Source: Escherichia coli (GTDB lineage: Bacteria; Pseudomonadota; Gammaproteobacteria; Enterobacterales; Enterobacteriaceae). From it: a DNA stretch of 64,000 nucleotides. Location: the NCBI RefSeq assembly GCF_050320075.1, contig NZ_CP190018.1; one strand, 5' to 3'. Shown here piece by piece: positions 10,753 through 22,998 of this stretch (positions within the stretch are counted from its first letter, which is position 1; every line of letters begins with the position of its first letter). The position numbers and the translations under genes were made by a program. Below the pieces are notes generated by a model. The model was not told where the DNA came from. It searched no databases and saw only the letters and a list, made by a program, of their open reading frames with translations.

Positions 10753-12078
10753 ATGAGCAAAGTAACTCCCCAGCCGAAAATCGGCTTTGTTTCCCTTGGC
10801 TGTCCGAAAAACCTTGTCGATTCAGAGCGTATTCTCACCGAACTACGCACTGAAGGTTATGACGTGGTACCGAGCTATGACGATGCGGACATGGTGATCG
10901 TCAACACCTGCGGCTTTATTGACAGCGCGGTACAAGAATCACTGGAAGCCATTGGTGAAGCGTTGAATGAAAACGGCAAGGTAATTGTGACCGGTTGTCT
11001 GGGGGCAAAAGAAGATCAGATCCTCGAAGTCCACCCGAAAGTGCTGGAAATCACCGGGCCTCATAGCTATGAGCAGGTTCTGGAGCACGTTCATCACTAC
11101 GTGCCAAAACCGAAACACAACCCATTCCTGAGCCTGGTGCCAGAACAAGGCGTGAAACTGACGCCGCGTCATTATGCCTATCTGAAAATTTCTGAAGGCT
11201 GTAATCACCGCTGCACCTTCTGCATTATTCCGTCTATGCGCGGCGACCTGGTGAGCCGTCCGATTGGCGAAGTGTTAAGTGAAGCGAAACGTCTGGTAGA
11301 TGCGGGCGTTAAAGAGATTCTGGTGATCTCGCAGGATACTTCCGCCTATGGCGTCGATGTTAAACATCGTACTGGCTTCCACAACGGCGAGCCGGTAAAA
11401 ACCAGCATGGTCAGCCTGTGCGAACAGTTATCGAAACTGGGGATCTGGACACGTCTGCACTACGTTTACCCTTATCCGCATGTGGACGACGTCATCCCAC
11501 TGATGGCAGAGGGCAAAATCCTGCCCTATCTGGACATTCCGTTGCAGCACGCCAGCCCGCGCATTCTCAAACTGATGAAACGTCCGGGTTCTGTAGATCG
11601 CCAACTGGCGCGCATCAAACAGTGGCGCAAAATCTGCCCGGAACTGACCCTACGCTCAACCTTTATTGTTGGCTTCCCTGGCGAGACGGAAGAAGATTTC
11701 CAGATGCTACTCGACTTCCTGAAAGAAGCACGTCTGGATCGCGTTGGCTGCTTTAAATACAGCCCGGTTGAAGGTGCAGACGCCAATGCCCTGCCTGACC
11801 AGGTTCCGGAAGAAGTGAAAGAAGAACGCTGGAACCGTTTCATGCAGCTGCAGCAGCAGATTTCCGCCGAGCGCCTGCAAGAGAAAGTGGGCCGTGAAAT
11901 TCTGGTGATTATCGACGAAGTGGACGAAGAAGGCGCGATTGGTCGCAGCATGGCAGATGCACCGGAAATCGACGGCGCGGTTTATCTCAATGGTGAAACC
12001 AACGTTAAGCCGGGTGATATCCTGCGTGTGAAAGTCGAGCACGCCGATGAGTACGATTTGTGGGGTAGCCGGGTTTAA
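10753..12078 (+). CDS. rimO: Ribosomal protein S12 methylthiotransferase RimO
   Basis: 441-aa ORF; radical-SAM CxxxCxxC (CNHRCTFC) and MTTase N-terminal cysteines. Confidence 0.9.
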   Translation: MSKVTPQPKIGFVSLGCPKNLVDSERILTELRTEGYDVVPSYDDADMVIVNTCGFIDSAVQESLEAIGEALNENGKVIVTGCLGAKEDQILEVHPKVLEITGPHSYEQVLEHVHHYVPKPKHNPFLSLVPEQGVKLTPRHYAYLKISEGCNHRCTFCIIPSMRGDLVSRPIGEVLSEAKRLVDAGVKEILVISQDTSAYGVDVKHRTGFHNGEPVKTSMVSLCEQLSKLGIWTRLHYVYPYPHVDDVIPLMAEGKILPYLDIPLQHASPRILKLMKRPGSVDRQLARIKQWRKICPELTLRSTFIVGFPGETEEDFQMLLDFLKEARLDRVGCFKYSPVEGADANALPDQVPEEVKEERWNRFMQLQQQISAERLQEKVGREILVIIDEVDEEGAIGRSMADAPEIDGAVYLNGETNVKPGDILRVKVEHADEYDLWGSRV

Positions 12079-12251
12079 TTAATCTTAAGGCAGATCTAAC
12101 AAGGATATTGTTCTTCGATCTGCCTCTGCTACCCTTCCCGATGTCCTACCCTTACGCACAAAATCCCCTGACGCATAAATCGAGAAAAATGAATCGTACT
12201 CGAGGCAACTCTCACTTTTTCACACCAAATTAAAGTTTTGATCGCAATTAC

Positions 12252-12288
12252 TTGAAATAAGCGTAATGGTTACTATAGTAAACATTAC
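12252..12288 (+). promoter_or_regulatory. Candidate sigma-70 promoter with overlapping palindromic operator for the toxin-antitoxin pair
   Basis: TTGAAA (12252-12257), 16-nt spacer, TATAGT (12274-12279); 26-bp near-perfect palindrome GTAATGGTTACTATAGTAAACATTAC (12263-12288) spans the -10; SD AAGGATGG before ATG 12304. Confidence 0.5.
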
Positions 12289-12303
12289 CACAAGGATGGA
12301 TGT

Positions 12304-12690
12304 ATGGGTGTGTATAAGGCAAGACGATTCAGCCAAAGCACGAAAAAACTTGGTATTCACGATAAAGTTCTCATGGCTGCCGCTGAAGAAGTGATGCAGG
12401 GCATATGGGAGGCTGATTTAGGTAGCGGTGTCATCAAAAAACGTTTACCCCTCCAACAAGGAAAGAGTGGTGGAGCCAGAACAATTATCTTTTTTAAATC
12501 AGCAAATCATGTGTTTTTTTATGATGGTTGGTCCAAGAGTGGTCTAAGCAGTAAAGGAACCAAAGAAATCGAAGATGATGAACTGGCGGCCTACAAAAAA
12601 ATGGCAAATGCATTTCTGGCCTTTAGCAATAAGCAAATAGAGGATTTGATCGAAACTGGCTTTTTGATTGAGGTGAAAAATGAGCGATAA
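12304..12690 (+). CDS. RelE/HigB-2-like type II toxin (GKSGGAR motif)
   Basis: 128-aa ORF; motif QQGKSGGARTIIFF resembles recalled HigB-2/RelE-like toxins; precedes and overlaps an HTH antitoxin gene by 11 nt; absent from the K-12 rimO-dgcI interval. Confidence 0.75.
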   Translation: MGVYKARRFSQSTKKLGIHDKVLMAAAEEVMQGIWEADLGSGVIKKRLPLQQGKSGGARTIIFFKSANHVFFYDGWSKSGLSSKGTKEIEDDELAAYKKMANAFLAFSNKQIEDLIETGFLIEVKNER

Positions 12691-13009
12691 ATTACAAATG
12701 ATGCTGGAAGATGCAAAGGAACTGAATGCACTGGGCCTGATGTCTGATAGTGAAGTTGATGCCATTGCCGTCATGGTCAAAGCTCGTGAAGTCAGCGCCC
12801 GTATAGCCAAAGTCAAATCAATGACGGGTGAAGAGATCAAAGCCATCCGCACCCGATACGGCATGTCACAATCCGTGCTGGCACATACAATGGGAATGTC
12901 AAAAGAAAGTGTCTCGAAATGGGAACGAAATGAAATAAAACCGAGCGGCCCGGCACTACGTATTTTGAATACATTGGCAATAAAAGGGCCGGAAGTTTTT
13001 GCAAAGTAA
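12680..13009 (+). CDS. XRE-family HTH antitoxin (HigA-2-like)
   Basis: 109-aa ORF; C-terminal HTH (GMSQSVLAHTMGMSKESVSKWERNEIKPSGPALRILNTL); ATG lies inside the toxin gene 3' end. Confidence 0.75.
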   Translation: MSDKLQMMLEDAKELNALGLMSDSEVDAIAVMVKAREVSARIAKVKSMTGEEIKAIRTRYGMSQSVLAHTMGMSKESVSKWERNEIKPSGPALRILNTLAIKGPEVFAK

Positions 13010-13037
13010 AATGTTTGCAAATGATTTACCACATTCA

Positions 13038-13065
13038 TTAGTACCCCTTGATTAAGGGGTACTAA
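13038..13065. terminator. Hairpin between antitoxin gene and convergent dgcI
   Basis: TTAGTACCCCTT-GATT-AAGGGGTACTAA, ~12-bp stem with 4-nt loop. Confidence 0.55.
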
Positions 13066-13078
13066 CACTATTCTAATT

Positions 13079-14407
13079 CTACTGCCAGCTAATCTGTGCC
13101 CTGCCGTTTTTCTTACTCTTATACAGTCGCTCATCCGCCAGCATTTTCAAGCGTTCAACGGTAGGACATTCATTTGAATGCGCTACACCGATACTGGTGC
13201 TTAAATTAATGCTTCCCACCTGGAAATGAACAATTTCTTTTAGAATCGATAGCAACTCTTCCAGCGTTCCACCCGTATAAATCACCGCAAATTCGTCACC
13301 GCCGAAGCGGTAGACTTTACCTTTATCTACCGGGATCTGTGATTTAAGGATTTTCACCACTTTCATCAACACTTCATCGCCCAGCAAATGACCGAAAGTG
13401 TCGTTGATGTTTTTGAATTTATCGACGTCAAACAGGCACAAATATCCGCCTTTTTCCGGCAGGGCTTTTAAATCTTCGTCAAAGGATTTTCTGCCCATCG
13501 CTTTGGTCAGGTCATCCAGGAACGCCGAGTTATACAGACTGTAGAGTTTTTTGACATCGGCAGCTGAAAAGAAAAGCCCGCCATCCAGTACGCGTTCAAA
13601 ATGGTTATTAATGATGGCTTCTTTCTCCACAATACCACGATTAATCACTCTGCGTACCAGATAGAGGCAACTGACACCCGATATCACTGCCACCAATGCG
13701 GCAAAGAAAATAATCAATGTACAGACCCGCAAATAAACATCTTTTTTATACGCAAATACGTACAATCCGGTCGGCAAATAGGCGAAGTGCTCCATCGCTT
13801 CCGAAACGGTGAAGATGGCGTTTTTAGCATTAAATTCATCACCGGTCACCGGTTTACCGTTCTTAAACAGAGAGAACATCAGGTTCTCGCTATCCATCGC
13901 CAGCGATTTTGACAGTAAAGAAAAACGCTCCAGACCAAGCAAAAATATCAGACTACGATTATGAGTTACCGGATAGAGGTAATAGACGAAGGTTTTACCG
14001 TCAAAAGAGATAAACCCTGTATTTTTGACATGTCGATACTTCACAATCTGCATAATATCTGCACAATAATTTTTCTCGAACTCCTTTACCTGAATACATT
14101 CGTCACTGGAAATCAGATAAGGACCGACATCGTACAAATAAGAGGGTGAAACCGAGTCGGCGTAAGCTGTGCGCAAGCCAACCAACAGCTGTTCCTCCGT
14201 GGGATTTAGCGTGTTGATAAGATCAATTGCCACGCTACGCCGATATTCAGCAATATTTGCCACCGCAAAAGCAGTATCAATAACGGACTGTTTCAGGCCA
14301 TACACCCGTTCCTTTACCATTTGAGTGTAGATCCCGCAGGCAACTGCTGAAATCATGATAAAAATCAGCAGACTGACTGTAAGTACGAACTTATTGATTC
14401 TGGACAT
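13079..14407 (-). CDS. dgcI: Diguanylate cyclase DgcI (YliF)
   Basis: 442-aa ORF with N-terminal TM segments and GGDEF domain (RFGGDEF). Confidence 0.9.
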   Translation of the reverse strand: MSRINKFVLTVSLLIFIMISAVACGIYTQMVKERVYGLKQSVIDTAFAVANIAEYRRSVAIDLINTLNPTEEQLLVGLRTAYADSVSPSYLYDVGPYLISSDECIQVKEFEKNYCADIMQIVKYRHVKNTGFISFDGKTFVYYLYPVTHNRSLIFLLGLERFSLLSKSLAMDSENLMFSLFKNGKPVTGDEFNAKNAIFTVSEAMEHFAYLPTGLYVFAYKKDVYLRVCTLIIFFAALVAVISGVSCLYLVRRVINRGIVEKEAIINNHFERVLDGGLFFSAADVKKLYSLYNSAFLDDLTKAMGRKSFDEDLKALPEKGGYLCLFDVDKFKNINDTFGHLLGDEVLMKVVKILKSQIPVDKGKVYRFGGDEFAVIYTGGTLEELLSILKEIVHFQVGSINLSTSIGVAHSNECPTVERLKMLADERLYKSKKNGRAQISWQ

Positions 14408-16479
14408 ACGTAAACTACTCTTTTACTAATTTTCCACTTTTATCCCAGGCGGAGAACGGCATGGGTTTCTGGTACAGATACCCCTGAGCCTGAACACATC
14501 CTAATTTGATTAATTCGCGCGCAACGTCTTCGCTCTCTACGCCTTCCGCAATCACCGGGATCCGGTTATAGCGTGCCAGATCGAAAATAATGCGCACAAT
14601 TTTTCCCGCAGTACCGAAAATATCGCCGGTAAATTGTGAGTCCACCTTTATGCTATCTGGATTAATTTCATAAAAACGTTTCAGGTTTGACAAACCGGTG
14701 CCAAAGTCATCAATCGATATCCGTACCCCTTGTTTACGCAGTTGTTCAATATTGAGATAAAAATGTTCATTAATTCGCTCGATCACGGTTTCAGTGATCT
14801 CAACACATAGGCTGTTCGCCTTCAGGCCATTTTCTTTCATGATGGTGGTAAAACGCTCATGAAAGTGTGGTTCGTTTAACTGCCAGGGCGAAACATTAAT
14901 ATGCAGTAAGAAATCATCCTTCAGCGACGCACGCTGACTAAAATGTCTGAATTCACCCATTGCCGTTTTAATAATCTGATAACCCAGCTCATTGATAAAC
15001 CCGATATCTTCAGCAATGGTAATGAACTTTAGCGGTGAAATGATCCCCCGCTCCGCAGACACCCAACGGCACAACGCCTCCGCGCCCAGAATGGCGCGGG
15101 TGTTAATATCAACGATCGGTTGATAGACGAGGAATAGTTCGCCAATTTCCATTGCATGGCGAATATTACGCGCAATCCAGATATTCTCTTCTATTTCGTT
15201 GAGTTTCGCGTCATCACAGAAAATAAACTCTGAGAACATATGGTCACGGATACTGGAAATCGCCAGTTTCAGTTTTTCTGCGTAACTCCAGGCGTTTTCT
15301 CCCTGCAAAGGTTCACAAATGGCAGACTTATGGATGCGCAGATTGCGGTAGCCAAAGCTGCTGTCAAAATCGTTTATCATCGCTATTTTACGGGTAAATG
15401 TCTGTACATTTTCCCGGCACAGAAGTAAATAGAGATCGGCATTGAATGTCACGATATCGCAGCATTGCGCATATTTCTCGGCAATTCGCTGACACAATTT
15501 CCTGACGATTTTATTGCGTTCATCAACACCAAACACCGCTTCCACGGCTTCCAGACCACACAGTTTGATGATCCCCACAGCCAGATACTGATTATTGTTG
15601 GACTCAATAATCGCCATATTTTTAATAAAACCGCTTTCCTGATCGTAAGAGATCAGTGAGAGCAATTTATTTGACCGTTCAATTTCGGCATCTTTCATTT
15701 CCGCGATCGAATTTTTGATGCTGATAATCTCTTTCGCATCGCCTTCGCGAATTTTCAGAGCCTCGATCTGATCCGTTGAGTCGGGCAAAAACGCCAGCGT
15801 ATTAACCAGCTCGGTCATTTCAGAAAATTGCCGACGGAACACACGAGTGGTCATTAAATAAACCACCAGCAATACGATAATAATGAAAGCAAACGGCAGA
15901 TAAAAAAGTTTATCTGATGCGTTCAATAAATTACCGCCAGGATAATAAAAATAGATTTCGAATAATGCGTTGTTTGGCACCGCTGATGTTTTTTCGATAT
16001 ATTCAGTATCGACAGAATCAATAATATTATAATTACCTTCGCTATTATAAATAATCAGTTTTTCACGCGCGAGTTGATTCTTGGCAATGATCTCATGGCC
16101 TTGTTTCAAAAATAGAACTTCATCATTAGCGCTGATTTGATCAAGATACTCGTTCAGATATCGCCAGTTTAAATCGACATGTATTTTATCCACCGCTAAC
16201 AAATCGTGATCTTTGCCGTTGATGCGTAGCGTAAAAGAGATACATTTTTTACCCGGACGATCAAAGCAATTGTAGGCCGGATTCCAGCTGTTGTTAGAGT
16301 CATCTGAAGCCACCGACCATGGTCGTTTCGATGGATTAAAATCGGCAAAAATAACCCGCCCTGACTCGTCGACAAGCGGTCCATTTACTTCTTCCTGATG
16401 ATAAACAACGATTTTATCATTCGCCCTCCGCGAAAAGAGATAATATTTATTATCATCAAGTACCAGTCCCACCGAGTCT

Positions 16480-16487
16480 AAAAATGG
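16480..16487. repeat. IS1 target-site duplication, left copy (AAAAATGG)
   Basis: 8 bp identical to 17256-17263, immediately flanking the IS1 terminal inverted repeats. Confidence 0.7.
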
Positions 16488-16502
16488 GGTAATGACTCCA
16501 AC

Positions 16503-17006
16503 TTATTGATAGTGTTTTATGTTCAGATAATGCCCGATGACTTTGTCATGCAGCTCCACCGATTTTGAGAACGACAGCGACTTCCGTCCCAGCCGTGCCA
16601 GGTGCTGCCTCAGATTCAGGTTATGCCGCTCAATTCGCTGCGTATATCGCTTGCTGATTACGTGCAGCTTTCCCTTCAGGCGGGATTCATACAGCGGCCA
16701 GCCATCCGTCATCCATATCACCACGTCAAAGGGTGACAGCAGGCTCATAAGACGCCCCAGCGTCGCCATAGTGCGTTCACCGAATACGTGCGCAACAACC
16801 GTCTTCCGGAGCCTGTCATACGCGTAAAACAGCCAGCGCTGGCGCGATTTAGCCCCGACGTATCCCCACTGTTCGTCCATTTCCGCGCAGACGATGACGT
16901 CACTGCCCGGCTGTATGCGCGAGGTTACCGACTGCGGCCTGAGTTTTTTAAATGGCGGAAAATCGTGTTGAGGCCAACGCCCATAATGCGGGCAGTTGCC
17001 CGGCAT
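16503..17006 (-). CDS. insB: IS1 transposase InsB (expressed as InsAB' by -1 frameshift)
   Basis: 167-aa ORF, matches recalled IS1 InsB. Confidence 0.9.
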   Translation of the reverse strand: MPGNCPHYGRWPQHDFPPFKKLRPQSVTSRIQPGSDVIVCAEMDEQWGYVGAKSRQRWLFYAYDRLRKTVVAHVFGERTMATLGRLMSLLSPFDVVIWMTDGWPLYESRLKGKLHVISKRYTQRIERHNLNLRQHLARLGRKSLSFSKSVELHDKVIGHYLNIKHYQ

Positions 17007-17200
17007 CCAACGCCATTCATGGCCATATCAATGATTTTCTGGTGCGTACCGGGTTGAGAAGCGGTGTAAGTGAACTGCAGTTGCCATGTTTTACGGCAGT
17101 GAGAGCAGAGATAGCGCTGATGTCCGGCGGTGCTTTTGCCGTTACGCACCACCCCGTCAGTAGCTGAACAGGAGGGACAGCTGATAGAAACAGAAGCCAC
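16925..17200 (-). CDS. insA: IS1 InsA repressor
   Basis: 91-aa ORF beginning [40 protein letters not shown] (zinc-finger and HTH). Confidence 0.9.
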   Translation of the reverse strand: MASVSISCPSCSATDGVVRNGKSTAGHQRYLCSHCRKTWQLQFTYTASQPGTHQKIIDMAMNGVGCRATARIMGVGLNTIFRHLKNSGRSR

Positions 17201-17255
17201 TGGAGCACCTCAAAAACACCATCATACACTAAATCAGTAAGTTGGCAGCATCACC

Positions 17256-17263
17256 AAAAATGG
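17256..17263. repeat. IS1 target-site duplication, right copy (AAAAATGG)
   Basis: Identical to 16480-16487. Confidence 0.7.
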
Positions 17264-17716
17264 CATCATTTCCATTTTAAGGATCACAGCGCGTTGAATC
17301 TCCTCTGTATTTTTTAATAAATACAGTGAGTCCTTTAATGTCAGGGCCGAACGTTCAATATCTTTAAAGAAATAGCCAACGTTTTTCTGAATAAGTTCAA
17401 AGCGGCTATCGGCACGTTTTACCGCGCGTTCCGAAACCAGTTGATAGTTAATGATGAAAAAAAGGCCAATAAATGACAGTGCTGCCAATAAAAATAAAAT
17501 TATCAGCCTTATCTTTATCTTTTCGTATAAACTCAGCATGTTAATACATTTAACAAAATAACTGTCTGAACGCTGTGCCGCTGCAAAAACAGTCCCTTGC
17601 TGCGGCTTTTTAACCAAATTACCCGATTCTACAAAATCAGCAGAAAGTTACAACACTTGCTTAGGGCAATAATTTCCTGTGAGGTGATTACCCTTTCAAG
17701 CAATATTCAAACGTAA

Positions 17717-18628
17717 CTATCCTTTAATTTTCGGATCCAGCGCATCGCGTAAACCATCACCCAACAAATTGAACGCCAGTACAGTCAGAAAAATAGCCAG
17801 GGCCGGAAAAATAGCGACATGCGGCGCGATAACCATATCCGCTCGGGCCTCATTGAGCATTGCACCCCACTCTGGTGTCGGCGGCTGCGCACCGAGGCCG
17901 AGAAATGACAGGCTGGCGGCAGAGATAATCGAGGTACCGATGCGCATGGTGAAAAACACCACGATAGAAGAGACAGTCCCGGGCAAGATATGGCGCAATA
18001 AGATGGTCATGTCGCTGGCACCAATACTGCGCGCCGATTCAATAAAAGTTTGCTGTTTCAACACCAGCGTGTTGCCACGCACCAGACGGGCAAAAGCCGG
18101 AATGGAAAAAATGGCGACTGCAATAATCACGTTAGCAATGCCGCTTCCCAACACCGCAACAACAGCGATCGCCAGTAAAATACCCGGGAAGGCAAACAGC
18201 ACATCGCAAATGCGCATGATCAGCCGATCCCACCAGCCTTCATAATATCCAGCCAGCAAACCCAGCAACGTCCCGATCGCCGCACCGATAAACACGGCAA
18301 ACACGCCCGCCGCCAGCGAGATTTGCGCACCAACCAGGACACGGCTGAAAATGTCACGCCCCAGTGAATCGACGCCAAACCAGTGCTGCAAAGAAGGTCC
18401 GTTATTCAGATTGTCATAATCAAAATAATTTTCGGCGTCATAGGGAACGATCCAACGTGCAAAAATGGCCACCACAATCAATAAAATAACGAATAATGCG
18501 GCGGTCATCGCCATATGCTGACGGCGAAATCGTCGCCAGAATTCATGCCACGGTGTACGTACCTGGTCAGGTTTGACCAGTGGCATGGCGTTTAACACCG
18601 CCTGACGTCGCCAGTTAAATAGTCGCAT
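17717..18628 (-). CDS. gsiD: Glutathione ABC transporter permease GsiD
   Basis: 303-aa ORF, ABC permease. Confidence 0.9.
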   Translation of the reverse strand: MRLFNWRRQAVLNAMPLVKPDQVRTPWHEFWRRFRRQHMAMTAALFVILLIVVAIFARWIVPYDAENYFDYDNLNNGPSLQHWFGVDSLGRDIFSRVLVGAQISLAAGVFAVFIGAAIGTLLGLLAGYYEGWWDRLIMRICDVLFAFPGILLAIAVVAVLGSGIANVIIAVAIFSIPAFARLVRGNTLVLKQQTFIESARSIGASDMTILLRHILPGTVSSIVVFFTMRIGTSIISAASLSFLGLGAQPPTPEWGAMLNEARADMVIAPHVAIFPALAIFLTVLAFNLLGDGLRDALDPKIKG

Positions 18629-18630
18629 CC

Positions 18631-19551
18631 TTACTTGTACCTGATAGCCGGGTTAATGGCGGCGTAAAGCACATCCACCACTAAGTTGATAAGAATAAAT
18701 TCCAGCGAGAAAAGCAGAATTTCCGCCTGAATCACCGGGTAATCGCGCATTTCTACGGAGTCAACGAGTAAGCGTCCAAGTCCGGGCCAGTTGAAAACTT
18801 TCTCCACCACGATAGAACCACCGAGCAAAAAGCCAAACTGTAAGCCCATCATGGTCACAACCGGGATCATCGCGTTACGTAGCCCGTGTTTGAGGACAAC
18901 CCAGGTTTCGCTCACCCCTTTCGCCCTCGCGGTACGCATATAATCTTCGCTTAAAACATCGACAAACGACGCGCGGGTAAAGCGCGCCATCACGGCTGCC
19001 ACTGCCGCGCCGAGCGTCAGGGAGGGTAAAATGTAGTGCTGCCAACTGTCTGCTCCCACGGTAGGCAGCCAGCCCAGTTCAACGGAGAATACCTGAATTA
19101 AAAGCATCCCCAGAGCAAATGCCGGAAACGAGATCCCCGACACCGCAATGGTCATACTCAATCGATCCGGCCAACGATTACGCCAGACGGCGGCGATAAT
19201 TCCCGCCGCCATACCAAATATCACCGCCCAGACCATACTGGTTATGGTCAGCCACAGCGTTGGCATAAAGCGGCTGGCAATCTCATCGGCAACCGGACGA
19301 CGCGACACCATCGACAGGCCAAAATCCCCCTGCACAGCATTGCTGATATAGTGCCAGAACTGGTGATACAGCGGCTGATCCAACCCCAGCTGCTGACGCA
19401 CCAGTTCTATAACCTGCGCATCAGCTTCGGGCCCGGCAATCAATCGCGCCGGATCGCCGGGCAGCATATGCACAAATAAAAACACCAGCACCGAGACGAT
19501 AAACAGCGTTGGAATCAACCCCAGTAAGCGTTTGATAACGTAATTAAGCAT
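18631..19551 (-). CDS. gsiC: Glutathione ABC transporter permease GsiC
   Basis: 306-aa ORF, ABC permease. Confidence 0.9.
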   Translation of the reverse strand: MLNYVIKRLLGLIPTLFIVSVLVFLFVHMLPGDPARLIAGPEADAQVIELVRQQLGLDQPLYHQFWHYISNAVQGDFGLSMVSRRPVADEIASRFMPTLWLTITSMVWAVIFGMAAGIIAAVWRNRWPDRLSMTIAVSGISFPAFALGMLLIQVFSVELGWLPTVGADSWQHYILPSLTLGAAVAAVMARFTRASFVDVLSEDYMRTARAKGVSETWVVLKHGLRNAMIPVVTMMGLQFGFLLGGSIVVEKVFNWPGLGRLLVDSVEMRDYPVIQAEILLFSLEFILINLVVDVLYAAINPAIRYK

Positions 19552-19568
19552 TCCACTCCCTGCGTTGC

Positions 19569-21107
19569 TTATTGCAAATCCGCGTCTTCAAAGCTGAAAC
19601 CGGTGTCTGGCATGATCCAAAAACCGGTCAGGTTTTTACTGTGTGCCGACACCAGTTTTTCTACCACCAGCGGGATCCACGGCGACTCTTGCCAGATGAT
19701 ATCCTGCGCCGCCTTATATAAACGGGTCTTTTCTGCCGGATCATTAGTTTTCAGTGCCTGAGCCAGGAAGTCATCCACCTGTTTATTGCTGTAAAACGCG
19801 GTATTAAACAGCGTCGGTGGCCAGTTCTGCGAGGCAAACAGCGGCGATAGTGCCCAGTCCGCTTCGCCGGTTGAAGCCGACCAGCCAGTGTAGAACATCC
19901 GCACGCCGCTCTCTTTTTGCCCTTTACCTTCAACTTCTGCCGCCCGCTGTCCGGCATCCATCGCAGTCACCTGGGCTTTAATCCCGACCTGCGCTAACTG
20001 CTGCTGGGTAAATTGCAGCACTTTCTGCGCGGTGCTGTGGTTATGTGACGACCACAGCGTGGTATTGAAACCGTTGGGATATCCCGCCTCTTTCAGTAAT
20101 TCGCGCGCTTTCACTGGATCGTAAGGCCACGGTTTATAACTTTGCGCGTAGGCGATACTCGGCGGTACCACACCAGTAGCTGGCGTTGCATAGCCCGCGA
20201 AGGCCACTTTCACCAGCGCCGGGCGGTTAATGGCGTAATTCAGCGCCTCACGGACCTTCGGGTTATCGAACGGCTTTTGCGTCACGTTCATACTGATATA
20301 ACGCTGCATAATTGACGGACTGGCCATCAACTCGATATTTTTGTTTTTCTCCAGCAGTGCGGCCTGCTCGTAGGGAATGGGGAAAGCAAACTGCGCTTCA
20401 CCGGTTTGCAGCATTGCCGCGCGGGTGTTGTTATCCGCCACCGGACGCCAGGTTATGCTGTCCAGTTTGGGCAATCCTGGCTGCCAGTAACCCGCGAATT
20501 TTTTCACCTTCACAAAATCGGTCTGATTCCAGGTATCCAGTTCATACGGCCCGGTTCCCACCGGATGAAAACCAATCTCCTTGCCATATTTTTCCAGCGC
20601 TGCCGGCGAAATCATCGCGGTCGCCGGATGGGCAAGAATATTAATAAACGCTGAGAACGGCTGTTTGAGGGTAATCTTTACCGTTGTTGGATCGATCGCT
20701 TCCGTTTTGGCAATATTCTTATACAGGTTGTAGCGTTTAAGATGATTCGCCGGATCGCTGGCCCGGTCCAGATTCGCTTTTACCGCCGCTGCGTTGAAAT
20801 CGGTGCCATCCTGGAATTTAATTCCTTCCCGCAATTTCACGGTGTATGTAAGGCCGTCATCGGAAACGGTATAACTCTCCGCCAGCACGTTTTTCAGTTT
20901 CATCTCTTTATCCAGACCAAACAGCCCCTGGTAAAACGATTTCGCTACGGCCTGAGATAACGTGTCATTTGCGTCATACGGATCGAGCGTGGTGAAGTTC
21001 GATCCTACCGCCACCACCACATCTTTGGCAGCGAATGCACAAGATGCCATCAACGCTGTCGCAATGCCCAGCGCCACTAACCCACTACGGTGTACAGCTC
21101 TTGCCAT
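19569..21107 (-). CDS. gsiB: Glutathione-binding periplasmic protein GsiB
   Basis: ORF 19569..21374; start at internal ATG (21105-21107) giving 512 aa with signal peptide [26 protein letters not shown]. Confidence 0.9.
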   Translation of the reverse strand: MARAVHRSGLVALGIATALMASCAFAAKDVVVAVGSNFTTLDPYDANDTLSQAVAKSFYQGLFGLDKEMKLKNVLAESYTVSDDGLTYTVKLREGIKFQDGTDFNAAAVKANLDRASDPANHLKRYNLYKNIAKTEAIDPTTVKITLKQPFSAFINILAHPATAMISPAALEKYGKEIGFHPVGTGPYELDTWNQTDFVKVKKFAGYWQPGLPKLDSITWRPVADNNTRAAMLQTGEAQFAFPIPYEQAALLEKNKNIELMASPSIMQRYISMNVTQKPFDNPKVREALNYAINRPALVKVAFAGYATPATGVVPPSIAYAQSYKPWPYDPVKARELLKEAGYPNGFNTTLWSSHNHSTAQKVLQFTQQQLAQVGIKAQVTAMDAGQRAAEVEGKGQKESGVRMFYTGWSASTGEADWALSPLFASQNWPPTLFNTAFYSNKQVDDFLAQALKTNDPAEKTRLYKAAQDIIWQESPWIPLVVEKLVSAHSKNLTGFWIMPDTGFSFEDADLQ

Positions 21108-21126
21108 TTTATTCTCCGCCTGAATG

Positions 21127-22998
21127 TTATCTACGCATGAATGCGTATTCTGATTGTGGTTGTGCGACGTAATGCCCCGGCCCGACGCATTGCAACGAGA
21201 CGGCTGCCACCTCTTCGCCACGCAGATGAATATTGCTGGGAAGATCGTCCGACAGCAGTACACGCTGCGGTCGTTGTCGGGACGGTTCAGCGACCGGAAC
21301 TGCCGCCAGTAATTTACGCGTATAAGGATGCTGCGGGTTTTCGAAGACCGCGCGCCGTGGACCAATTTCAACAATTTGTCCGAGATACATCACCGCCACA
21401 CGATGACTAATCCGCTCTACCACGGCCATATCGTGGGAGATAAACAGATACGCAATGCCGAAATCACGCTGGAGATCGAGCAACAAGTTGATAATCTGCC
21501 CGCGAATAGAAACATCCAGCGCCGAGACGGCTTCGTCGGCAATGATCACTTTTGGATTCAATGCCAACGCGCGAGCAATGCAGATGCGCTGGCGCTGACC
21601 GCCGGAAAACTCATGCGGGTAACGCCAGGCATGTTCAGGTAACAGGCCCACGCGCTCCAGCAACCACGCAACGCGTGCAGCCGCTTCTTTACCTGTCAAT
21701 AAACCGTGTACGCGCAGCGGTTCGATAATCGAATCACCGATGGTCTGACGTGGGTCCAGCGAAGCGTAAGGGTCCTGAAAAATAAACTGAATATCCCGGC
21801 GCAATGCCTGAAGTTTGCCGGGTGACAAGGTATCGATTCGCTGACCGTTAAAGATAATTTCGCCGCCCTGCGATTCGACCAGGCGCAGCAACGCCCGCCC
21901 GGTAGTGGATTTACCGCTGCCAGACTCGCCCACCAGCGATAGCGTTTCGCCAGGCCAGAGATCAAAACTGACTTTCTCAACGGCATGCACTTCCCGCGTT
22001 ACGCGATTCAACAAACCGCTGCGCAAAGGGAAACGGGTGACCAGATTACGCACCCGTAAAACAGGTTCGCCATCCACCACCGTTTTCTGCTCGATGGGTG
22101 GTTCCTGTTTCGCTGGATGTTCAAGCGATATCAATGGGAAACGTCGGGGATAATCTAACCCTTTCATCGCACCAAGTTGCGGAACAGCAGCTAACAGCGC
22201 ACGGGTGTAAGGATGTTGCGGTGCATGAAAAATCTGTTCGACGCTACCCGTTTCCACCGCCTCGCCCTGATACATCACCAGTACCCGATCGGCAATCTCT
22301 GCCACCACGCCCATATCGTGAGTGATAAAGATAACGCCCATCGACATCTCTTTTTGCAATACTTTGATTAATTGCAGGATCTGCGCCTGAATAGTGACAT
22401 CCAGCGCGGTGGTTGGCTCATCGGCAATCAGCACCGCCGGGCGGCATGACAGCGCCATCGCAATCATCACTCGCTGGCGCATCCCGCCAGAGAGTTGATG
22501 CGGATAACGTGAAAGAATGGTTTGTGCCTCCGGAATGCGTACCTGATCCAGCATCCGCTTCGCCTCGACCATCGCTTCTTCACGACTGGCGTTCTGATGC
22601 AGACGAATTGATTCGGCAATCTGTTCACCCACAGTAAATACCGGGTTCAGCGATGTCATCGGTTCCTGAAATATCATCGCCATATCCGCACCGCGCACAT
22701 GGCGCATTTGTGCAGCGCTCTGCTCGCTAAGTTCAATCACTTCGCGACTGCGCCGCCGCAACAGCATTTGATCGCACTGCACTAAACCGCCCGCCTGTTC
22801 CAACAAGCGCATCAATGCCAGCGCAGTCACTGACTTACCAGAGCCGGATTCGCCAACAATTGCCAGCGTCTCACCGCGTTGCAGGCTAAAAGAGAGATTG
22901 CGGACCGCAGCTATTTTCTGCTGGTCCTGCATAAAGGCAATATTCAGATTTTCAACCGCCAGCACATCACCGGCATCAAGTTCATCACTGTGTGGCAA
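21127..22998 (-). CDS. gsiA: Glutathione ABC transporter ATPase GsiA (two ABC domains)
   Basis: ORF 21127..23106; start assigned to in-frame TTG (22996-22998) to match the recalled N-terminus (M)PHSDELD, 623 aa; two Walker A motifs (GESGSGKS). Confidence 0.8.
   Translation of the reverse strand: MPHSDELDAGDVLAVENLNIAFMQDQQKIAAVRNLSFSLQRGETLAIVGESGSGKSVTALALMRLLEQAGGLVQCDQMLLRRRSREVIELSEQSAAQMRHVRGADMAMIFQEPMTSLNPVFTVGEQIAESIRLHQNASREEAMVEAKRMLDQVRIPEAQTILSRYPHQLSGGMRQRVMIAMALSCRPAVLIADEPTTALDVTIQAQILQLIKVLQKEMSMGVIFITHDMGVVAEIADRVLVMYQGEAVETGSVEQIFHAPQHPYTRALLAAVPQLGAMKGLDYPRRFPLISLEHPAKQEPPIEQKTVVDGEPVLRVRNLVTRFPLRSGLLNRVTREVHAVEKVSFDLWPGETLSLVGESGSGKSTTGRALLRLVESQGGEIIFNGQRIDTLSPGKLQALRRDIQFIFQDPYASLDPRQTIGDSIIEPLRVHGLLTGKEAAARVAWLLERVGLLPEHAWRYPHEFSGGQRQRICIARALALNPKVIIADEAVSALDVSIRGQIINLLLDLQRDFGIAYLFISHDMAVVERISHRVAVMYLGQIVEIGPRRAVFENPQHPYTRKLLAAVPVAEPSRQRPQRVLLSDDLPSNIHLRGEEVAAVSLQCVGPGHYVAQPQSEYAFMRR

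Larger units (their letters stand above)
16488..17255 (-). mobile_element. IS1 insertion sequence, complete (768 bp)
   Basis: Terminal inverted repeats GGTAATGACTCCAACTTATTGAT (16488-) and GGTGATGCTGCCAACTTACTGAT (reverse complement, ending 17255); insA and insB ORFs; A6C frameshift motif at ~16943-16952. Confidence 0.95.
14415..17539 (-). pseudogene. pdeI: c-di-GMP phosphodiesterase PdeI (YliE) interrupted by IS1: N-terminal fragment 17256..17539, EAL-containing C-terminal fragment 14415..16487
   Basis: N fragment (MLSLYEKIKIRL...MMPFL) and C fragment (DSVGLVLDDNKYY...) join in frame across the IS1 target duplication; sum ~782 aa. Confidence 0.85.

Noticed and set aside
12088-12125. Dyad AGGCAGATC...GATCTGCCT after rimO as a possible terminator
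   Set aside because: The loop is ~20 nt and there is no U-tract; too weak to call, and it may simply be part of the insertion junction upstream of the toxin-antitoxin pair.
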